Shown in pieces: positions 48,923 to 58,551 of a stretch of 64,000 bases of DNA. The first letter of the stretch is position 1, and the number at the start of each line of letters is the position of its first letter. Origin of the DNA: Alphaproteobacteria bacterium MarineAlpha5_Bin9 (GTDB lineage: Bacteria; Pseudomonadota; Alphaproteobacteria; HIMB59; GCA-002718135); contig PTKV01000007.1 of the NCBI GenBank assembly GCA_002937895.1, forward strand, positions 9,440-73,439. Reading direction: 5' to 3'. The notes under the pieces were generated by a model, which saw nothing but the letters and a program-made list of their open reading frames with translations, was not told the DNA's origin and made no database searches. A program made the translations under genes and the position numbers.

Positions 48923-50143
48923 ATGATCAGGGTAGGATTAGATATAGGAAATTCAAAAATATCCTGTGTTGTTTGTGATAAAAAGACTAATGGAAAAATT
49001 GAAATACTATCTGTTATTAATCACCCCACAATTAATGTAAAAAAATCATTAATTATAGATATTAAAAAAATATCTAAAGAAATAGAAGAGGTTTTAATTC
49101 AATCTGAAAAAGAATCTCAAACTAAAATAGCTAGTGTAAGATTGAATGTTTCAATTGTTAATTCTCTAAATAAATTTATATCTAATCAGATTTTCATATC
49201 TAATGAAAAAATTTCTGATTTACATTTAAAAAAATTTATAAATAATTCAGATATACTTGAACCAATAGAAGATTATGAAGTAATATACAGATCAATAGTG
49301 AATTATGAATTAGACAAAGAAACAGTAACTAATCCAAGAGGAATGTATGGCGAGACTCTTAAAGTTTTATTTTATAAACTTGCAGTAAAACAAAATCATG
49401 TAAAATCTCTTAAAAATATTTTTGAAAAAATTAATATTGAAATAGAAAGTTTTATACCAACACCTTTATCTTCAGCCCTTGCTATTCTTTCAAATGATGA
49501 AAAAGAATTAGGATCTATCTCTATTGATTTTGGAGCTGGATCCACGTCAATCTGTGTTTTTAAAAATAACAAGGTTGTTTTTTTAGATGCCATTCCTATT
49601 GGAAGTAAGCATATCACTAATGATATTGCTAGAGGCATTCAAACAACCCTAGAGAGTGCTGAAAGATTAAAAAATTTATATGGTTCTGTAATTACAAATC
49701 CTAGCGATGATTACGAATTTATAGATGTCCCTAATATTGCTTCAAATGTAGAAACCTCTAAACAAATTAATAGAAGTGAATTAAATTCTATAATTAAGCC
49801 TAGAGTTGAAGAAACTCTTGAAATATTAAGACAAAAATTAAAAGAATACTCTTTGGATAAAAGGGGGATAAATAACCTAGTTATTACAGGTGGAGGATCC
49901 TTGCTAGAAGGCATTGAAGAATACTCAGAAACAATATTCGATAGTAAAACTAGAGTAGGAAAACCTTTATTTATTAGTGGTCTGAACAAGGAGAAAAATG
50001 TCCCCCAAATAGCACAAACCATTGGACTATCACTATATAATGAAAATGAGCATGATATTGATTTTCTGCCAAAAAACATCAAAAATAAAGAAAAAAATAC
50101 ACTTTTTAAGCGATTTTCTTCTTGGTTAGATGAATTTATTTAA
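48923..50143 (+). CDS. ftsA: Cell division protein FtsA
   Basis: LDIGNSK, IDFGAG, ITNDIA, AERLK and ITGGG motifs plus a C-terminal amphipathic helix. Confidence 0.96.
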   Translation: MIRVGLDIGNSKISCVVCDKKTNGKIEILSVINHPTINVKKSLIIDIKKISKEIEEVLIQSEKESQTKIASVRLNVSIVNSLNKFISNQIFISNEKISDLHLKKFINNSDILEPIEDYEVIYRSIVNYELDKETVTNPRGMYGETLKVLFYKLAVKQNHVKSLKNIFEKINIEIESFIPTPLSSALAILSNDEKELGSISIDFGAGSTSICVFKNNKVVFLDAIPIGSKHITNDIARGIQTTLESAERLKNLYGSVITNPSDDYEFIDVPNIASNVETSKQINRSELNSIIKPRVEETLEILRQKLKEYSLDKRGINNLVITGGGSLLEGIEEYSETIFDSKTRVGKPLFISGLNKEKNVPQIAQTIGLSLYNENEHDIDFLPKNIKNKEKNTLFKRFSSWLDEFI

Positions 50144-50170
50144 ATAATATATTTTTTAAATGGTTATTTG

Positions 50171-50219
50171 TTGACGGTTTCGGACATAAATCGTTAATAA
50201 ATAGATAAAACGGCGGAGA
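50171..50219 (+). promoter_or_regulatory. Putative internal ftsZ promoter and Shine-Dalgarno
   Basis: TTGACG with TTAATA/TAATAA 17-18 bp downstream; GGAGA 5 nt before the ATG. Confidence 0.5.
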
Positions 50220-50224
50220 ATATA

Positions 50225-51871
50225 ATGACAATCAATATTTCATTACCTGATGCAGGTCCTAATTTGCATCCTAAAATTACCGTTATGGGTGTTGGTGGAG
50301 CAGGAGGAAATGCAGTTAATAACATGATTAAATCTAACCTTGAAGGGGTAGATTTTATAATAGCTAATACAGATGCACAAGCTTTGGAAAATTCAAATTG
50401 CGAAAGAAAAATTCAATTAGGATTAACTATAACTAGAGGATTAGGAGCTGGAATGAGACCTGATATAGGTCGAAAAGCTGCTGAAGAAAGTTTTGAAGAA
50501 ATAAAATCAAAATTTGAAGGTTCTCACATGATTTTTATAGCTGCAGGAATGGGAGGTGGCACTGGTACAGGCGCAGCCCCTATTATTGCTCAATTAGCAA
50601 GGGAATGTGGAATCTTAACAGTTGGAGTAGTTACAAAGCCATTTCATTTTGAAGGTTCACAAAAAATGAAATTAGCTAATGAGGGAATAGATAGTTTGCA
50701 ACAACATGTTGATACACTCATTTCGATTCCTAACCAAAATCTTTTTAGAATTGCCAATGAAAAAACAACCTTTGCTGATGCTTTTAAAATGGCTGATGAT
50801 GTTCTTTACGCAGGTGTTAGAGGTGTAACAGATTTAATGGTGCAGCCTGGATTAATCAATTTAGATTTTTCTGATATCAAAACTGTTATGAGTGAAATGG
50901 GTAAAGCTATGATGGGAACAGGTCAATCTGAGCACGAAGAACAAAGAGCAGTTAAAGCTGCTGAAGCAGCAATTGCTAGTCCTCTTATAGATGATGTTTC
51001 ATTAAGCGGAGCTAAAGGTCTTATAATAAATATTACTGGTGGTAAGGATCTTACTTTATATGAGGTAGATGAAGCAGCAAATAGAATTAAACAAGAAATA
51101 AGAGAAGATGCTAATATTATTTATGGAACAACTTGTGATGATAGACTAGAGGGCAAGGTAAGAGTAAGCATAGTTGCTACAGGAATAGATGTTAACAATT
51201 CAATTCAGAAACCTTCTCCAATAAATTCAGATAATTTATCATTTAATAATGCTGTTTATTCTCATCAAAATTCCATAAATGATAATCATTTATTAATAAA
51301 TGAGGAAGGTAAAATTGATGAAAATAAAGTAACAAATGAAACTAATTCAGAAAACAACATTCATTTTTCGGAATCTTTGCATGATAGTCATGATCAAGAA
51401 CAAGAAAAAATAATATCAAGTGAGCTATTTGAAAAAGAATCTAATCATGAAAGTTTATCTGAGAATCATCTTAATGTTCATGAAAATAATTTTGAATCTA
51501 ATCAAGATGATCAAAAAATAGAAGAAGAAAATAATGATGAAGAAAGAATGGAGATAAGTGATCATTCTGATGCAAAACAAGACCAAGATGATAAAATTGC
51601 TGTAAGAAAACTTAGTTTATTTGATACTTTAGAGGAAAAGAATGAAGCTCAGGAATCTAAAAAGGATGATGAAAATATCTTAAAAAATGAGCCTATTCTT
51701 GAAAAAAATGATATTGATGAACAACAAGAATCTATAAATGAAAATTTCTCAGACAATAATTTTAAGCATACTGATTTTGTTGATGAAGAAGGCTCAGAAA
51801 GTGATTTAAATCAAGATCAAGAAGAAGAATTGCTTGATATTCCAACGTTTTTAAGAAGGCAGGCAAATTAA
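50225..51871 (+). CDS. ftsZ: Cell division protein FtsZ
   Basis: [16 protein letters not shown] tubulin signature, long acidic linker, C-terminal [12 protein letters not shown]. Confidence 0.99.
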   Translation: MTINISLPDAGPNLHPKITVMGVGGAGGNAVNNMIKSNLEGVDFIIANTDAQALENSNCERKIQLGLTITRGLGAGMRPDIGRKAAEESFEEIKSKFEGSHMIFIAAGMGGGTGTGAAPIIAQLARECGILTVGVVTKPFHFEGSQKMKLANEGIDSLQQHVDTLISIPNQNLFRIANEKTTFADAFKMADDVLYAGVRGVTDLMVQPGLINLDFSDIKTVMSEMGKAMMGTGQSEHEEQRAVKAAEAAIASPLIDDVSLSGAKGLIINITGGKDLTLYEVDEAANRIKQEIREDANIIYGTTCDDRLEGKVRVSIVATGIDVNNSIQKPSPINSDNLSFNNAVYSHQNSINDNHLLINEEGKIDENKVTNETNSENNIHFSESLHDSHDQEQEKIISSELFEKESNHESLSENHLNVHENNFESNQDDQKIEEENNDEERMEISDHSDAKQDQDDKIAVRKLSLFDTLEEKNEAQESKKDDENILKNEPILEKNDIDEQQESINENFSDNNFKHTDFVDEEGSESDLNQDQEEELLDIPTFLRRQAN

Positions 51872-51930
51872 CTATAAGTAATAATTTGAAATATTAAGTT
51901 AATTGTAGAAAAATGAAAATATTGATATTT

Positions 51931-51960
51931 AAAAAGTGCTGGTTATCCAGCACTTTTTTT
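51931..51960. terminator. Intrinsic, probably bidirectional, terminator hairpin after ftsZ
   Basis: AAAAAGTGCTGG-TTAT-CCAGCACTTTTT followed by more T; perfect 12-bp stem. Confidence 0.8.
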
Positions 51961-51964
51961 AAAA

Positions 51965-52837
51965 ATGATAGCAAGTACAATAAATAATCAAAATCAAAAG
52001 ACAATAGGGCAAACAATTAAATTTTCTGGAATTGGTTTGCATTCAGGTAAAAATTCAGATGTAATTATTTCTCCTAACCTAGAAAATAAAGGTATTGTCT
52101 TTATTAGGAATGATATTGATAAAGATAATATAATTAAAGCTAACTGGAAAAATGTAACCGCAACTAAACTTTCTACTACAATTACAAATAAACATGGTGT
52201 TTCTGTCTCCACAATTGAACACTTAATGAGTGCTTTAGCGGGAATGCATATTGACAATGCCTTAATCTATATTAATGGCCCTGAGGTTCCAATTATGGAT
52301 GGAAGCTCAAAACCATTTGTAAATCTTATAAAAAAATCAAAAATTATTGAGCAGAACTTAAAAAGAAAAAAAATTAAAGTTTTAAGAGAAATTGAAGTTT
52401 CTAAGTCTGACTCCTATGTAAAATTATCTCCAAACAAACAATTTTCAATTAATTTTGAAATTGAATTTGATAGTCCACTAATAAACAAACAAGAGTGTAG
52501 ATTGCAATTATTAAATGGTAATTATGTTTCTGATGTATGCTCTGCAAGAACTTTTGGCTTTGAAAAAGATGTAAATCAACTAAGAGAAAATGGGTTTGCT
52601 CTTGGAGGAACTTTAGAAAATGCAGTAGTTGTAGGAGATGATAAAGTTCTTAACAAAGAAGGTTTAAGATATAAAGATGAATTTGTTAGACATAAAATTT
52701 TAGACTCTATTGGTGATTTGTACCTAGCTGGCTATCCTTTAGAAGGCTTTTTTTATGGGAAAAAATCAGGTCATTATTTGAATAATGAATTGTTAAAGAA
52801 ATTATTTTCAAATAAAAATAATTATTCCTTAATATAA
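51965..52837 (+). CDS. lpxC: UDP-3-O-acyl-GlcNAc deacetylase
   Basis: GIGLHSG, STIEHLMSAL, PIMDGS, ARTFG and RHKILDSIGDL motifs. Confidence 0.98.
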   Translation: MIASTINNQNQKTIGQTIKFSGIGLHSGKNSDVIISPNLENKGIVFIRNDIDKDNIIKANWKNVTATKLSTTITNKHGVSVSTIEHLMSALAGMHIDNALIYINGPEVPIMDGSSKPFVNLIKKSKIIEQNLKRKKIKVLREIEVSKSDSYVKLSPNKQFSINFEIEFDSPLINKQECRLQLLNGNYVSDVCSARTFGFEKDVNQLRENGFALGGTLENAVVVGDDKVLNKEGLRYKDEFVRHKILDSIGDLYLAGYPLEGFFYGKKSGHYLNNELLKKLFSNKNNYSLI

Positions 52838-52839
52838 GT

Positions 52840-54222
52840 TTAAATCATTTTTTTGGGTTGGATAATTTTATCAAATTCCTTTTCACTCATCATTTTTAAA
52901 TCTAAAACTGCCTTTTTAAGAGTTATTCCTTCTTTGTGGGCTTTTTTGGCTACTTTTGCAGCATTATCATATCCAATTTTAGAATTTAGGGCTGTTACTA
53001 GCATTAATGAGTTGTTAAGATGTTTTTTAATCATTTTTTTATTTGCTTTGATTTTGACCAAGCAATTTTTTGTAAAACTATTTATGGAGTCAGAAAGTAA
53101 TCTTATTGATTGCAATACGTTAAATATTATTAGTGGTTTAAATGTATTTAATTCAAAATGACCTTGTGAACCGGCAAAGTTTACTGATGTGTGATTTCCC
53201 ATTATTTGAAGACATACCATTGACAAAGCCTCAATTTGAGTAGGATTTATTTTTCCGGGCATAATAGATGAGCCAGGTTCATTTTCAGGGAGAATGATTT
53301 CGGCTAAACCTGACCTTGGACCGGAAGATAAAAATCTAATGTCATTTGAAATTTTAAATAAGGAAGTAGCTAATAAGTTAAGACCAGAAGAAAAATTTAC
53401 TAGTGCATCATGAGCGGCAATAGTCTCAAATTTGTTTTTAGCTGGATAAAATTTATTTTTTGTTATTTTAGATAAATGCTTACAAAAGACTTTGTCAAAA
53501 TTTTTTGGAGCATTAATTCCAGTTCCTACTGCAGTACCACCTTGCGCCAAGTAAGATAATTCTGATACAGAGATAAGCAATCGTTTTTTATTATTTTTTA
53601 TTTGTTCTAAATATCCAGAAAATTCTTGCTTTAGAGTTAATGGAGTTGCATCTTGCGTATGAGTTCTTCCGATCTTTATAATATTTTTAAATGTTTTAAT
53701 TTTTATCTCTAGAGAATTAATTAAATAATCAATATTTTTTATTAATTTATTATTAAATTCAAGTTTAGCAGCTATATGCATAGCTGTTGGAAAAACATCA
53801 TTTGAAGATTGAGATAAATTTACGTGATCATTTGGATGCACTGGAGTTTTTGAACCAATTTTTCCTTTAATTTTTTTTATACAATAGTTGCTAATTACTT
53901 CATTTAAATTCATATTTGTGTGTGTTCCAGATCCAGTTTGCCATATAGATAAAGGAAATTCATTTATAAGTTTTGCATTAATAATTTGATCACAGGACTC
54001 AGAAATTAATTTTCCTAATTTTTTGTCCAATTTACCTAATTCAACATTAGCAAGAGCAGAGGCTTTTTTTTGATATCCTAAAGCTATTATGAATTCTCTA
54101 GGCATTTTTTCACTACCTATTTTAAAATTTTCAAGTGATCTTTGCGTTTGAGGGCCCCAAAGCTTGGTTTTTTCAATTTTTTTAGGTCCCAACGAGTCAA
54201 ATTCTGTTCTTTTAATATTCAT
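52840..54222 (-). CDS. fumC: Class II fumarate hydratase
   Basis: WQTGSGT, HPNDHVN, GRTHTQDATP and GSSIMPGKINP motifs. Confidence 0.98.
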   Translation of the reverse strand: MNIKRTEFDSLGPKKIEKTKLWGPQTQRSLENFKIGSEKMPREFIIALGYQKKASALANVELGKLDKKLGKLISESCDQIINAKLINEFPLSIWQTGSGTHTNMNLNEVISNYCIKKIKGKIGSKTPVHPNDHVNLSQSSNDVFPTAMHIAAKLEFNNKLIKNIDYLINSLEIKIKTFKNIIKIGRTHTQDATPLTLKQEFSGYLEQIKNNKKRLLISVSELSYLAQGGTAVGTGINAPKNFDKVFCKHLSKITKNKFYPAKNKFETIAAHDALVNFSSGLNLLATSLFKISNDIRFLSSGPRSGLAEIILPENEPGSSIMPGKINPTQIEALSMVCLQIMGNHTSVNFAGSQGHFELNTFKPLIIFNVLQSIRLLSDSINSFTKNCLVKIKANKKMIKKHLNNSLMLVTALNSKIGYDNAAKVAKKAHKEGITLKKAVLDLKMMSEKEFDKIIQPKKMI

Positions 54223-54264
54223 TTTTTTACTTATAACATTTTCATTAACATTAATGTAGATAAT

Positions 54265-54903
54265 ATGAAGATGAATTCATTAATAATTTTAAGACATGGA
54301 CAAAGTCAATGGAACCTAGAAAATCGTTTCACAGGATGGAAAGATGTTCCTTTAACTGAAAAAGGCATAAACGAAGCAATCCAAGCAGGAAAAGCAATTA
54401 AAAGAAAAAAAATTAAAATTGATATAATTTTTAGCAGCACGCTCCAAAGAGCCAATGAAACAGCTATTTTAGCAATTAAACAAATTAAACAAGAAAATTT
54501 GTGGGATGTGAAAGGCAACTTAATTATGCAAAAAGACAATTCTCTTAATGAAAGAGATTATGGTAAATTAGTTGGTTTAAATAAAAAAGAAACTGCTAAA
54601 GAGTTTGGAAAAAAGCAAGTTCACATATGGAGAAGATCTTATGATGTAGCTCCTCCTGGTGGAGAAAGTTTAAAAGAGGTTGTAGAAAGAGTAAATTCTT
54701 TTTACATTAAAAATATAGAGTCAAATATCAAAAATAATAAAAATGTTTTAGTAGTAGCTCATGGGAATTCTTTAAGAGCTTTATTAATTTGTATTAAAAT
54801 GTTTAAGCCAAAAGAAATTTCTAAGATAGAAATTCCCACAGGTAATCCTTTCGTTATTAGTTATAAAGATAATAAATTAATTAAAAAAAAATATTTAATT
54901 TAA
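54265..54903 (+). CDS. gpmA: 2,3-bisphosphoglycerate-dependent phosphoglycerate mutase
   Basis: LRHGQSQWNLENRFTGW, LNERDYG, WRRSYDV and AHGNSLR motifs. Start is ATG 54265 or 54271, not the track's 54142. Confidence 0.95.
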   Translation: MKMNSLIILRHGQSQWNLENRFTGWKDVPLTEKGINEAIQAGKAIKRKKIKIDIIFSSTLQRANETAILAIKQIKQENLWDVKGNLIMQKDNSLNERDYGKLVGLNKKETAKEFGKKQVHIWRRSYDVAPPGGESLKEVVERVNSFYIKNIESNIKNNKNVLVVAHGNSLRALLICIKMFKPKEISKIEIPTGNPFVISYKDNKLIKKKYLI

Positions 54904-54904
54904 A

Positions 54905-55447
54905 TTATTTGTATAAGAAGTATTCTATTTTTAGGTTTTTGTAATCTGCTTTCTTTAATTTTAAAATATTATGATTAAAAATCATACCATTATCATTAAA
55001 TAAATGATCTTTAACAATAATTTTCTTTTTTGGTATTTTTTTCCAATTAAATTTTTTGTAAAAAAGAATTAATTTTTTTTTGCAGATCAAAAAAGAATGC
55101 AACTTTGATTTTAAAATAATTTCATTATTTTTTTCCATCAAAATTTTACTAATATTTTTTTTTCTAAAACTTTTATTAATTATTAAAGTATCGAAATAAA
55201 TATATTTAATTTTTTTGGATTTATTTTTAACTAAAATAGTTGATGATCTTTTTCTTAAATATGTATATCCAATCAATTTATTTTTAATATATAGTAAATT
55301 GTGTATATCACTTTTTTTTGTATTTTTTTTATACCATTTAATTTGAGATTTTATTCCAAAATTCCAAAAAGAGTTTTTTAACTTGCAGATATCATTTATT
55401 TGTTTATTTGTTAGATTAGCTGATTTTATTGATGAAATATTTATCAA
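54905..55447 (-). CDS. GNAT-family acetyltransferase-like protein
   Basis: IINKSFRKKNIS acetyl-CoA-loop-like segment and FYKKFNW motif; otherwise divergent. Confidence 0.6.
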   Translation of the reverse strand: MINISSIKSANLTNKQINDICKLKNSFWNFGIKSQIKWYKKNTKKSDIHNLLYIKNKLIGYTYLRKRSSTILVKNKSKKIKYIYFDTLIINKSFRKKNISKILMEKNNEIILKSKLHSFLICKKKLILFYKKFNWKKIPKKKIIVKDHLFNDNGMIFNHNILKLKKADYKNLKIEYFLYK

Positions 55448-55786
55448 TTACTTATTATCTAATATATCTGCTTTTAATTCAAAAGGATTAACTTCTTCTA
55501 AACATCCTGTGTTAACACCCATACCGTTTGGATCGGATTTTCTTATGTGATGTGTATAAATTCCACAAATTTTACAAAAAAAGTGTTTTGCATTATAAGT
55601 TCCAAATTGGTAGAGAGATATTTCTTTTTCACCCTGAGTTAACTGAAAGTCATCTTTATGAATTATGCTCATTTTAGCACTTTTTCTTACACAAATTGAG
55701 CAATTACATTGTTTTATATTTTGCAAATCTGTTTTGACATTAAACTGAACCGCTTTGCAGTGACATGATCCTTGGTATATCATCAA
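55448..55786 (-). CDS. GFA/CENP-V family zinc-binding protein
   Basis: GSCHCKAV, CNCSIC and FCKICG motifs. Confidence 0.92.
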   Translation of the reverse strand: MMIYQGSCHCKAVQFNVKTDLQNIKQCNCSICVRKSAKMSIIHKDDFQLTQGEKEISLYQFGTYNAKHFFCKICGIYTHHIRKSDPNGMGVNTGCLEEVNPFELKADILDNK

Positions 55787-55881
55787 TATTTTACTTATCC
55801 TTTATTTTATTTATTTTCAACTTTTTTTAATTTGTTTGTAAGAACAAAACTATATAATTAAATATATTTAAAGGAAAGCTT

Positions 55882-56151
55882 ATGAAATTTATAATGAATG
55901 TAGAACTTACAGAAGGTTATGAGAAATGGAAACAACTTTTTTTAAGTGTTGATCATATAAGAGAGAAATATGGTATGAAAGTTTTGGCATATGGCCATCC
56001 AAAAGATAATGAAAATAAAGTTTATCAAGTAATAGAAGCTCCTTCGATGGAAAAAATTCAGGAAGCTATGCAAGATCCTGAAATTGCAAAACTTAGAACA
56101 GATGCGGGAGTTAATATTAATAGTCAAGAACTTGTATTTTTAGTTGAATAA
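55882..56151 (+). CDS. Small hypothetical protein (DUF3764-like)
   Basis: 89-aa ORF with SD AAGGA; YEKW...REKYG...D.ENKV...DPE...LR..AG pattern. Family call is from memory. Confidence 0.7.
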   Translation: MKFIMNVELTEGYEKWKQLFLSVDHIREKYGMKVLAYGHPKDNENKVYQVIEAPSMEKIQEAMQDPEIAKLRTDAGVNINSQELVFLVE

Positions 56152-56179
56152 TTAAAACTTATATTTAAAGTTTTGAGTT

Positions 56180-56215
56180 GTGAGGCTAATCTTTATCAAT
56201 TTAACCTCACTTTTT
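56180..56215 (+). terminator. Putative intrinsic terminator
   Basis: GTGAGGcTAA-11 nt-TTAaCCTCAC stem with one mismatch, followed by TTTTT, 28 nt after the stop at 56151. Confidence 0.55.
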
Positions 56216-56294
56216 ATAAAATAATGAATTGTCATTGGTGTTAAGGGTGATGGTGTAATAACACACTTGCTAAAAGGTTTTTATTTTTTATATA

Positions 56295-57239
56295 TTACGG
56301 AATGGTAATCAAGTAATTGCTATTTGATAAATCATTACAATTTTTTATATTATGTCTGTAATAATCGTCATTATTATAGTCTAAATAAAGTGAACCTGAT
56401 ACTTTATTTAACACATCTTGTTCGTTATCATTTACATGAAATAAACTTTGAGGATCTAGATTTTTAGCACATCTAGGTGGCATGCCAAAAGTATGTAAAA
56501 TTTCATGTAAAATAGTTTCTTCACTTTGATTAAATTTTTTATCAGATAAATCATAAAAATTATTAATTGTGCAACTTTCACTTTTTTTATTCTTTGAATT
56601 TGTATAAAAAATTGCAACTTTACCTTCAAATCTTGATCTGCCACATATTTCTATGAAAAAAGAATTTGATTTTTCCCAACCTTCAAAAAAAACTATAAAT
56701 TTTTTTTCGTTAAAATTATTAAAGAGCAAAGAATTAGATAAAATTATTTTTTCAATTTTTGAACCTGTATCTTTCTCTTTATTTTGATTTGAGCTATATT
56801 CTGTAAACCATTTCATAGTTTTGTTTACTCTTATGAAAGTTGTATCTATTATATTATTATTTTTTCTATCATATCTGATAATTTGATTTTTAGTTTTGTC
56901 TAGGAGCCAATTATTTATTTTTTCAAGAGAATGGTGTATATTTTTATTAATATCAAATTTTCTATCTTTTTGATCACATGGCAATAAATAAATAGCATGC
57001 AATTTTGAATTAGATAAAATATCTTTCTGATCTTTAAATGATCTGTTCATTAAATTATCTGATAGATGTTTAATGATTTTTATATCATCTTCATCATCAC
57101 AGTTTTCTGGTATTATTTTTTCTGTTTTTGTTCCAATTACATCGTATTTCCAATCTTCATAAATATTTTGTAAATAAAAAACTAATATGCTTATTATTGC
57201 AAAAAATGTAATTATAGGAATTAGAAAATATTTATTCAA
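56295..57239 (-). CDS. Membrane-anchored hypothetical protein with an HEXXH zinc-metallopeptidase motif
   Basis: N-terminal TM, ILHEILHTFG motif, downstream FHV; several Cys in the exported part. Confidence 0.65.
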   Translation of the reverse strand: MNKYFLIPIITFFAIISILVFYLQNIYEDWKYDVIGTKTEKIIPENCDDEDDIKIIKHLSDNLMNRSFKDQKDILSNSKLHAIYLLPCDQKDRKFDINKNIHHSLEKINNWLLDKTKNQIIRYDRKNNNIIDTTFIRVNKTMKWFTEYSSNQNKEKDTGSKIEKIILSNSLLFNNFNEKKFIVFFEGWEKSNSFFIEICGRSRFEGKVAIFYTNSKNKKSESCTINNFYDLSDKKFNQSEETILHEILHTFGMPPRCAKNLDPQSLFHVNDNEQDVLNKVSGSLYLDYNNDDYYRHNIKNCNDLSNSNYLITIP

Positions 57240-57319
57240 AATCAGATTAAAATTAATTTTTTATACATAATTTATTTTTTTTAGATACTATATTCTTTAT
57301 TAAAAATTTAATAAATAAA

Positions 57320-57724
57320 CTAAATCTTTTTTTTACATTTTTGACATATACCAAAAATTTCTAAATTATGTTTTGTGTATTTAAAATTAGATTTTTCACT
57401 TTCCTTAGAAAAATATACAGATAAGTTATTTTTTTTAAGCTCAGTTACTTTGTCGCACATTTCACAAATTAAAAAAGAGGTAGATGTTTGAGAGTTACAA
57501 TTATTATTACTACAAGCAATATAGGAATTTTTGCTTTCAATTTTATGCACTTTTCCTATTTCAATTAATTTATCTAACGCTCTATATACTTGAAGAGGTG
57601 ATTTTATCCCTTTTTTTTGAATATCAAAAAGAATAGCGTAAGCCTTTAAAGGCCCCTTAGTTCCTTCTAATAAGTTAAGAACAGTTTGTTGATTACTTGT
57701 TAATTTTTCAGTTAAAAGAGGCAT
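57320..57724 (-). CDS. zur: Zinc uptake regulator (Fur family)
   Basis: PLQVYRALDKL, VHKIESKNSYIAC, CEMC and CQKC motifs; co-oriented with znuCB. Confidence 0.9.
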   Translation of the reverse strand: MPLLTEKLTSNQQTVLNLLEGTKGPLKAYAILFDIQKKGIKSPLQVYRALDKLIEIGKVHKIESKNSYIACSNNNCNSQTSTSFLICEMCDKVTELKKNNLSVYFSKESEKSNFKYTKHNLEIFGICQKCKKKI

Positions 57725-57747
57725 TTTAAGTAAATATCAAATTGTTT

Positions 57748-58551
57748 TCATTTTTGCAATGAAGTGCTTTTTTTTAGAGGGAAAAGTGATAGGATAAAAA
57801 ACGCTAGTGCAACAACTATAATCGTAGGTCCAGAGGCAGTATTAAATTCCAAAGAACAAAATAAGCCTATTACTACCGATAAAATTCCTCCTAATATTGA
57901 TAATATTATCATTTGCTGAGGATTATTACTAATATTTCTTGCCATAGCTGCAGGTATTAATAGTAAACCAGTTATTAATAATACCCCAACCATCTTTATT
58001 GAAATTGCAATAACACCTGCTAATAGTAAAGTAAAAATCAAATTAGATCTATCAGGTTTCATTCCTTCGGCTGCTGCTAAATCATAACTAACTGTTGCCG
58101 CAAATAGAGATTTCCAAATAATAAATAATATTCCAAGTATTGATAAACCACCAAGCCAAATGACGAAGATGTCTTCAATATTTACTGCAAGTATATCTCC
58201 AAATAACAAACCCATCAGATCAAAACGAATGAATGACAAAAAACCGATAATTACTAAACCTATAGCAAGAGTTGAGTGAGCAAGAAGACCGAGTAAAGCA
58301 TCTCCAGGCAATTTTGTTCTTTTTTGTAAATTTATTAGTATGATAGCAACAATTCCAGAAATTAAGAAAACTGATAAAGAAATATTAATACTAAAAGAAT
58401 AAGCTAATGTTATTCCCAACAGTGCTGAATGTGATAGAGTATCACCAAAATAAGATAATCTTCGCCATATTACAAGACATCCAAGAGGACCTGCTACAAT
58501 AGCTACTCCTATTCCAGCAATTAATGCTCTAATAAAAAAATCATCAAGCAT
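57748..58551 (-). CDS. znuB: Zinc ABC transporter permease
   Basis: GPLGCLVIWRRLSYFGDTLSHSALLG, LFGDILAV and VGVLLITGLLLIPAA motifs. Confidence 0.96.
   Translation of the reverse strand: MLDDFFIRALIAGIGVAIVAGPLGCLVIWRRLSYFGDTLSHSALLGITLAYSFSINISLSVFLISGIVAIILINLQKRTKLPGDALLGLLAHSTLAIGLVIIGFLSFIRFDLMGLLFGDILAVNIEDIFVIWLGGLSILGILFIIWKSLFAATVSYDLAAAEGMKPDRSNLIFTLLLAGVIAISIKMVGVLLITGLLLIPAAMARNISNNPQQMIILSILGGILSVVIGLFCSLEFNTASGPTIIVVALAFFILSLFPLKKSTSLQK

Noticed and set aside
50144-50224. CtrA boxes (TTAA-N7-TTAA) at division-gene promoters
   Set aside because: No full match upstream of ftsZ, mraZ, the amidase or lpxC; half-sites are uninformative at this AT content.
51190-51830. About 200-aa acidic low-complexity linker in FtsZ
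   Set aside because: Long linkers are normal for alphaproteobacterial FtsZ.
51943-51951. DnaA-box-like TTATCCAGC in the terminator loop
   Set aside because: Only 7 of 9 bases match, it is isolated, and the hairpin explains the sequence.
55831-55848. Inverted repeat TTTGTT-N6-AACAAA between divergent genes
   Set aside because: Short and AT-rich with a high chance expectation; no second copy or cognate regulator identified.
56236-56280. Short stem plus GCTAAAAGG resembling the 3' end of a SAM-II/SAM-V riboswitch
   Set aside because: The conserved loop nucleotides are missing and there is no downstream gene on that strand.
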